From an uncultured Actinomycetota bacterium (lineage in GTDB: Bacteria; Actinomycetota; Actinomycetes; Propionibacteriales; Nocardioidaceae): a DNA stretch of 64,000 nt. Below are positions 58,768 through 64,000 of this stretch, one piece after another; position 1 is the stretch's first letter, and the number at the start of each line of letters is the position of its first letter. Location of the stretch: positions 724,524-788,523 of the forward strand of contig CAWFYK010000002.1 in NCBI GenBank assembly GCA_963820035.1. The letters run 5' to 3'. Under the pieces are notes generated by a model. The model was not told where the DNA came from and made no database searches. It was given only the letters and a program-made list of their open reading frames with translations. The position numbers and the translations under genes are program-made.

Positions 58768-59316
58768 TCAGTTCATGCTGGGCTCGTCGGGGAACGTGGC
58801 GACGTAGGCGAGCTCCCCCGGCTGGCGCCGCAGGACCTGCCGCCACAGGTTCTCCGGGTCGTGGCTGAGCAGGTCGCCCGGGGCGGCGCCGACGACGTAC
58901 CAGGAGCCTTCCTCGATCTCGGCCTCCAACTGGCCGGCGCCCCATCCGGCGTACCCCGAGAAGATCCGCACACCCACCAGGTCGGGCAGCACGTCGCCAG
59001 GCTCCTTGTCGAGGTCGACGAGGCCATAGGCGCCGGCCACACGGTGGAAACCGTCCGCCGGGCCGCGCCCGAGAGCCACCGCGACGGCAAGGGCGGAGTC
59101 CTGGGCCACCGGTCCGCCGGCGAAGATCGTCCGCGGACCGACGACGGCGTCTGACCAGGTCGGGAGCACCTCGGCGAGCGGCAGCACGGAGGGCCGGTTG
59201 ATCACCACCCCCAGCGCCCCGTCGTCGTCGTGGTTGAGCACCAGGATGACCGCGCGGCTGAAGTTGGGGTCCCTCAGCCGCGGGGTGGCGACCAGCAGCT
59301 GGCATTCGAGGTTCAT
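58768..59316 (-). CDS. YqgE/AlgH-family protein (UPF0301)
   Basis: LLVATPRLRDPNFSRAVILVLNHDDDGALGVVINRP...GGPV. Confidence 0.8.
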   Translation of the reverse strand: MNLECQLLVATPRLRDPNFSRAVILVLNHDDDGALGVVINRPSVLPLAEVLPTWSDAVVGPRTIFAGGPVAQDSALAVAVALGRGPADGFHRVAGAYGLVDLDKEPGDVLPDLVGVRIFSGYAGWGAGQLEAEIEEGSWYVVGAAPGDLLSHDPENLWRQVLRRQPGELAYVATFPDEPSMN

Positions 59317-60710
59317 CAGCCGTCGCCGCCTCCCACCGCCGCTTTGACGGCGGTCGCGACTGCCTTGTGCACCTGCTCGTGGAAGACGCTCGGGATCACG
59401 TAGTTGGCATTGAGCTCGGCGTCGGTCACGCTGGACGCGATGGCCTTGGCGGCGGCGACCAGGAGGGGCTCGTCGATGGCCGTGGCGGACGCGTCGAGCA
59501 GCCCTCGGAACACGCCGGGGAAGGCCAGCACGTTATTGATCTGGTTGGGGTAGTCGGAGCGACCGGTGGCGACGACGGCCGCATGGGCACGAGCCGCGGC
59601 CGGGTCGACCTCGGGGTCGGGGTTCGCGAGCGCGAAGACGATCGACCTCGGCGCCATGGCGGCGATGTCGTCCCCGGTGAGCAGGTTGGGGGCGGACACG
59701 CCGATGAACACGTCGGCGCCCTTGATGATGTCCGGCAGACTGCCACCGACACGGTCGGCGTTCGTGTGCTCGGCGATCCATGCGAGCGACGGGTCCATAT
59801 CGGCCCGATCGGCGCTGATGACGCCGGCGACATCGGTGACGACGACGTGGCGGGCGCCAGCGGCGAGGACCAGCTTGACGATCGCCGAGCCGGCGGCACC
59901 GGCCCCAGACATCACGACCCGGACGTCGCGGATGTCCTTGTCCACCACCCGGAGGGCGTTGGTCAGAGCGGCCAGGACGACGATCGCCGTACCGTGCTGG
60001 TCGTCGTGGAACACCGGGATGTCCAGCAGCTCTCGCAGCCGGGCCTCGATCTCGAAACACCGCGGCGCGGAGATGTCCTCCAGGTTGATCCCGGCGAACA
60101 CCGGAGCCACGATCTGGACCGTTCGAACGATCTCGTCGACGTCCTGGGTGTCGAGACACAGCGGCCAGGCGTCGATCCCGGCGAACCGCTTGAACAGCGC
60201 AGCCTTGCCCTCCATCACCGGCAGGGCTGCGGCCGGACCGATGTTGCCGAGCCCCAGCACCGCCGAGCCGTCGGTGATGACAGCGATGGCGTTGCGCTTG
60301 ACGGTGAGCCTGCGGGCATCCTCCGGGTTCCGGGCGATGGCCAGCGAGACTCGTGCGACGCCTGGTGTGTAGACCATCGACAGGTCGTCGCGGTTGCGGA
60401 TGGGGTGCTTCGAGGCCATCTCGATCGTGCCGCCGAGGTGCATCAGAAAGGTACGGTCCGAGACCTTGTGGACATCGACTCCCGCGAGTGCGCGCAAGGC
60501 CCCGACGATGACGTCTGCGTGGTCGGTGTCGCGTGCCGCGCAGGTCACGTCGATCCGCAGCCGGTCGACCTCGGACGACGTCACGTCGAGCGCCGTGACG
60601 ACGCCTCCTGAGGCCTCGACTGCCTGGGTCAGGTGGCTCATCTCGGTGCCGACCGCCGGAACCTCGAGGCGGACCGTGATCGAGTAGGAGACGCTCGGTG
60701 TGGTCGTCAT
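59316..60710 (-). CDS. NAD(P)-dependent malic enzyme with an N-terminal ACT-like domain
   Basis: LSMVYTPGVA, VITDGSAVLGLGNIG, FAGINLEDISAPRCFEIE, FHDDQHGTAIV, GAGAAG. Confidence 0.85.
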   Translation of the reverse strand: MTTTPSVSYSITVRLEVPAVGTEMSHLTQAVEASGGVVTALDVTSSEVDRLRIDVTCAARDTDHADVIVGALRALAGVDVHKVSDRTFLMHLGGTIEMASKHPIRNRDDLSMVYTPGVARVSLAIARNPEDARRLTVKRNAIAVITDGSAVLGLGNIGPAAALPVMEGKAALFKRFAGIDAWPLCLDTQDVDEIVRTVQIVAPVFAGINLEDISAPRCFEIEARLRELLDIPVFHDDQHGTAIVVLAALTNALRVVDKDIRDVRVVMSGAGAAGSAIVKLVLAAGARHVVVTDVAGVISADRADMDPSLAWIAEHTNADRVGGSLPDIIKGADVFIGVSAPNLLTGDDIAAMAPRSIVFALANPDPEVDPAAARAHAAVVATGRSDYPNQINNVLAFPGVFRGLLDASATAIDEPLLVAAAKAIASSVTDAELNANYVIPSVFHEQVHKAVATAVKAAVGGGDG

Positions 60711-60893
60711 ACCCCCATCATCGCAAGGAACCCGGCGCGCGCCCGAGAGTGTGCTCGTCCCGGCGTCGTCGGTTCCACCGCAAAGCGGAGCGATCTGGGG
60801 CCGGACAGCGGCGCGGATCCCCGAGTTGCTCCATTCTGGGCAGCGGGTCGCTCCGGCCCGCAGGGCCGCGGAGCTCCGCCCCTCACCTGGGCA

Positions 60894-61946
60894 CTAATGC
60901 TTCAGCGTGACGCTGCCGCCCTGAGCCGGCACCAGCTCGATGAAGGTGTGCCCGGGCGGCACCGAGAGCGGCTTGCCGTTCGACGCGTGCAGCTGGACGG
61001 CTCCATGGGTGCCGACCTTGTGCCAGGTGCCGTTCACCGCCTTGTCACCGTGGACGAGGGTCGCGTCGCCGGTGCCGTAGAAGAAGGTCTCCGGCACCGG
61101 GTTGCCCGCCGGGTCGACGTACCCGGCGTCGCCGACCCTGACCCGCAGGATCAAGACGTTGGTGGCCTTGAAGTCGTGGCCGGTCTGGGCGTAGGAGTTG
61201 GTGCGAACCCACGTCTTGCCTTCGAGCCGCCAGCTATCGGTGTGAGCACCCGAAAGCGTCGCCGTGATCGCGGTGACCGGGACGGTGCCGTGGAACGCAG
61301 GCCCACCGAACGGGAGGTATGGCGCGGCGGGCGGCTTCCATGGGCGGTCGACGTGCTTGGCGAGGACGGGAAGCTTCATCATCAGGTTGTAGGGCGACGG
61401 GCGGGCGCTCGACCGATAGAACCCGACGGCGCCCTCCGTGACGCGGTCGACCCCCGCCTGGTTGAGCAGCATCATCGTCTTCGGCGCGGCTCCGGACGCC
61501 ACGATGAACGCGTTGGCGGGCTCGGTGATCCCGATGTCCGACGCTCGCATCGAACGGACCGGCCCGACCTGCGGGGGGATCGCCGAGTAATAGAAGGCCG
61601 CGAGCCTGGTGAGGCCGCCTTCGACGAGCTCCTCGACGATCATGTCGGCCTCATTGAGGCCGAGCTGCGGGTCGGCGCTTGACGTGTTGTCGACCTTCAC
61701 GACGTAAACCGGATGGTGGGGGAGCTTGCCGGTGAGAGGTTCCCCCGTGAGCGGCCAGATCTTCTTCTGAGGCGGTGGCGGCGGCTTCGTCGTCGTGGAC
61801 CCGGAGCTGTGCGTTGGTGACGTTGGCGTGGTGGGCGGCGCGCTGCTCGAGTCGCTCCCGCCGCTACAGGACGAAAGCGATGCGCAGAGGACGAGAACCG
61901 CGAGGGCGGCCATGGTGGTGGTACGTCGAGATCGGTGCGAGCTCAC
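60894..61946 (-). CDS. DUF3048-domain lipoprotein
   Basis: Lipobox LSSC, then PLTGEPL...PVYVVKVDNTSSADPQLGLNEADMIVEELVEGGLTRLAAFY. The start may be Met12 (61913). Confidence 0.7.
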   Translation of the reverse strand: MSSHRSRRTTTMAALAVLVLCASLSSCSGGSDSSSAPPTTPTSPTHSSGSTTTKPPPPPQKKIWPLTGEPLTGKLPHHPVYVVKVDNTSSADPQLGLNEADMIVEELVEGGLTRLAAFYYSAIPPQVGPVRSMRASDIGITEPANAFIVASGAAPKTMMLLNQAGVDRVTEGAVGFYRSSARPSPYNLMMKLPVLAKHVDRPWKPPAAPYLPFGGPAFHGTVPVTAITATLSGAHTDSWRLEGKTWVRTNSYAQTGHDFKATNVLILRVRVGDAGYVDPAGNPVPETFFYGTGDATLVHGDKAVNGTWHKVGTHGAVQLHASNGKPLSVPPGHTFIELVPAQGGSVTLKH

Positions 61947-62066
61947 GTGCCTAGTGTGCAGCAGTTCGTGGTCCGCGGCGCACGGCGCGCGCCCGGCGAG
62001 TGTCGTCCTGACGCGCCTCGACGCCCAGCGGGAAGGGGGCCGCTGGGCGTCGGGCTCGTGGGTGCG

Positions 62067-62561
62067 TCAGGGGCGACGTGTACCGGCGTACCAGGACGAC
62101 GTCCACACAGGTGCGCGGTGGACGCGCTGGCCCGGGTGGGGGGCGTGGATGATGACTGCGCGGTGCTCCCTGTTCCAGTAGAGGAACATGCCGACGTGGT
62201 AGACGTGTCCGCTACCGTCGTGGAAGAAGACCAGGTCACCGCGGATCATGTGCTTCTTGATGATGTGGTGGACCGAGGCGTACTGCGAAGCGGCCGTCCG
62301 GGGCAGGCTCAGCGCCGAGTGGTCGTAGGAGTACATCGAGAGACCGGAGCAGTCGAAGGCGTTCGGACCGGCAGCGCCATAGACGTAGGGGTCCCCGATG
62401 CGGGAGATCGCGACGTCGGCGGCGTGGTCGATCTTCTTGTCGATCGGCGACGTCGCGGCGGCTGAGGCGCCGGGTGCAGCAACCAGAGTCAGTCCGACCA
62501 GAACGGCGAAGACGAGGGGGATGAGCGCGCCGAGGCGGCGCAACGAACCTGATGCAGGCAT
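62067..62561 (-). CDS. Secreted NlpC/P60 (C40) cell-wall peptidase
   Basis: Signal peptide, YVYGAAGPNAFDCSGL (catalytic Cys) and GDLVFF...HVGMF (catalytic His). Confidence 0.85.
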   Translation of the reverse strand: MPASGSLRRLGALIPLVFAVLVGLTLVAAPGASAAATSPIDKKIDHAADVAISRIGDPYVYGAAGPNAFDCSGLSMYSYDHSALSLPRTAASQYASVHHIIKKHMIRGDLVFFHDGSGHVYHVGMFLYWNREHRAVIIHAPHPGQRVHRAPVWTSSWYAGTRRP

Positions 62562-62571
62562 GAAGATATCT

Positions 62572-62810
62572 CCTTCTCACGCCTGTGAGGTGAGCTGTCG
62601 GGTTCGAGCGAGAAGGTGCCCGGCCGTCAAAGGACGACTTAACCCCAAGCATGCCTACGGAAGACCGTTTCGATGCAGAAGAGTGGTTCCCCCACTTCTA
62701 CCCCTGAATGAGAGTTTCTGTGATTGGCGATTGGGTCGTAGTCGACACGGGGTAGAACTCGGCGTCCGTCGACCACGCTCTTCAGTTTTGGGTCCCGAGG
62801 ATCTAACCAC
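62572..62810 (-). promoter_or_regulatory. Probable cyclic-di-AMP riboswitch (ydaO/yuaA motif) in the 5' leader of the NlpC/P60 gene
   Basis: The minus-strand RNA contains CGGGACCCAA, GGGGUAGAAG, GGGGGAACC, UGGGGUUAAGUC and AACCCGACAGCUCACCUCACAGGCGUGAGAAGGAG. Compare Bacillus subtilis ydaO: GGGGGACCCA, GGGGUGAAUC, ACCCGAAUCCGUCAGCUAACCUCGUAAGCG. Boundaries are approximate. Confidence 0.6.
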
Positions 62811-62903
62811 ACAACGGGCGGAAACCCAACCCTGGTGGGCGATTTCCCTGAGTGTGTCACCGCCTCGGCGCGGCTCGCTCGGCCGCGAGGCCCAGAGATC
62901 CAC

Positions 62904-63200
62904 TCACGGATGACTCGGGCTCGGCGGCTGGTCCGCCAGCTCGAACATGACGTCGTCGACGTAGCAGTAGAACCATTCCTCACCAGGCTCGAAAGACTGG
63001 ATGAGCGGGTGTTTCGTCGAACCGAAGTGAGCCGTCGCGTGCCGGTTCGGGGAGCTGTCGCAACAGCCCACGTGTCCGCATTCGGCACACCGCCGAAGGT
63101 GCACCCAGCGGGCACCCATCGCAAGGCATTCGACGCATCCGTCTCCGCTCGGAGGGACATCGGCGACCGTGTCGAGATGGGTGCAGGTCTCGGGCATCAT
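62904..63200 (-). CDS. UBP-type zinc-finger domain protein
   Basis: CTHL...CVEC...WVHLRRCAECGHVGCCDSSPNRHATAHF..TKHP. Confidence 0.7.
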   Translation of the reverse strand: MMPETCTHLDTVADVPPSGDGCVECLAMGARWVHLRRCAECGHVGCCDSSPNRHATAHFGSTKHPLIQSFEPGEEWFYCYVDDVMFELADQPPSPSHP

Positions 63201-63390
63201 GGCTCCTTCTGCGCTGTCCTGGTCGAACGCAGCATATGCCAGACCGCCCGGTCGCATCCGCTGTCGACAGCGGCCCGACCCCGCCCATCACATCCCTGGA
63301 AAGAGTCCCTTGCTTTGTAGCAGTACGTATGGCACAGTGCTTGGTACAAACCTGATGACAGGTTCCACTCGACACGACATGGGAGGGCAC

Positions 63391-63795
63391 ATGCGCCAGC
63401 TCGCGCTCGTCCCCCTTGCGCTCGTGCTGGTCGCAGGCTGTGGGCTCTTCGGCTACCTCCTGTTGCGAAGCCTTGCCCCTCGGGGGGACCGTGAGCTGAA
63501 CAGGATGCTGGTCGCCAGCAATCTCGAGGTCGGTGCCACATCAGCGGCCTTTCTGAGGCCCACGTTCTCCCGACGGAGCCGCTGGGGCGCCATCGGCGGC
63601 GGAGTCGGGTTTGCCATCAGCGTCTTGGTCAGTCTTTCGTTGCCACCAGGCGACTACCTGGGGGCCTTCAGTGCTGGTGGCCTTCTTGTCGGAGCCACGT
63701 TCGGCAGCGCCCTGAGCGCTCGCCGCAGCGACGAACCTATGACGGGTGACGTGCGAGTGGCCCTGTCCAACCGCACGGCATGTCGGAGTACCTGA
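63391..63795 (+). CDS. Hypothetical membrane protein
   Basis: MRQLALVPLALVLVAGCGLFGY... plus further TM segments. GGGAGGG RBS upstream. No family recognised. Confidence 0.45.
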   Translation: MRQLALVPLALVLVAGCGLFGYLLLRSLAPRGDRELNRMLVASNLEVGATSAAFLRPTFSRRSRWGAIGGGVGFAISVLVSLSLPPGDYLGAFSAGGLLVGATFGSALSARRSDEPMTGDVRVALSNRTACRST

Positions 63796-64000
63796 CTCGC
63801 CGCCAGGTCGTGACGGAGCTAGTCATCGCGGGCTCGGCCTGGCCGTACGGTCTACGGGGTGTGGGCTCCGGTCCTACCCGACTCCGACAGCGGCTTCGTG
63901 GATGTGGATCGGCGCCGGAGGGTCGTCCTCGGTGCCGCAACTGGCGGTGCTTCTGCTGCAGCGCTGGCTGCTGCGCGAACCGCGTTCCGCCGACGGTGAG

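Noticed and set aside
63781-64000. Partial gene at the right edge of the window
   Set aside because: Open frames exist on both strands. None shows a recognisable motif, a convincing RBS or protein-like composition within the 200 bp available.

Overview
This is a very GC-rich, actinobacterial-type chromosomal segment. Gene order resembles the mycobacterial pncB-clpS-DUF2017 and murI-MBL-rph-rdgB blocks; that comparison is from memory and was not searched.

I support about 60 protein genes, mostly housekeeping or metabolic:
- One-carbon and formaldehyde genes: fdhA, a GcvT-like/CrtI-like pair, and fhs with a cyclodeaminase.
- A DosS/DosR-like redox island containing phosphoketolase, acetate kinase, DoxX and USP.
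- Two LuxR-type two-component systems, an ABC-2 exporter with a SHOCT protein, and two MFS pumps.
- hppD with an Lrp regulator, galE, a malic enzyme, and crcB-DUF190-crcB.

Non-coding and mobile features:
- One tRNA-Leu(UAG).
- A frameshifted IS1182-family remnant.
- A clear fluoride riboswitch.
- A probable c-di-AMP (ydaO-type) riboswitch.
- Several hairpins and operator-like palindromes.

The standout signal is non-coding. Two related families of exactly 22-bp tandem repeats occupy six loci, almost always abutting stop codons.
- R22-A has unit CCGCCGAACCGTCACCTTCTTA.
- R22-B has unit GGAACTCTCGGATCGTGGTGCC.
- Four loci are mirror-image (inverted) arrays around a central core.
- Two R22-B loci carry a 264-bp, internally palindromic core that is identical by eye. 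The copies lie 6,742 bp apart and have different arm copy numbers.
- A minimal version at 18.2 kb is a single perfect hairpin between convergent genes.

I cannot assign this architecture to CRISPR, an IS, REP/BIME, MIRU or any other named class, so it is the best candidate for an undescribed system. Possibilities are a protein-binding iteron- or centromere-like array, a giant RNA hairpin or terminator, or a non-autonomous mobile element.

All family names come from motif recognition by eye. No database search or folding was run, and start codons are best guesses.
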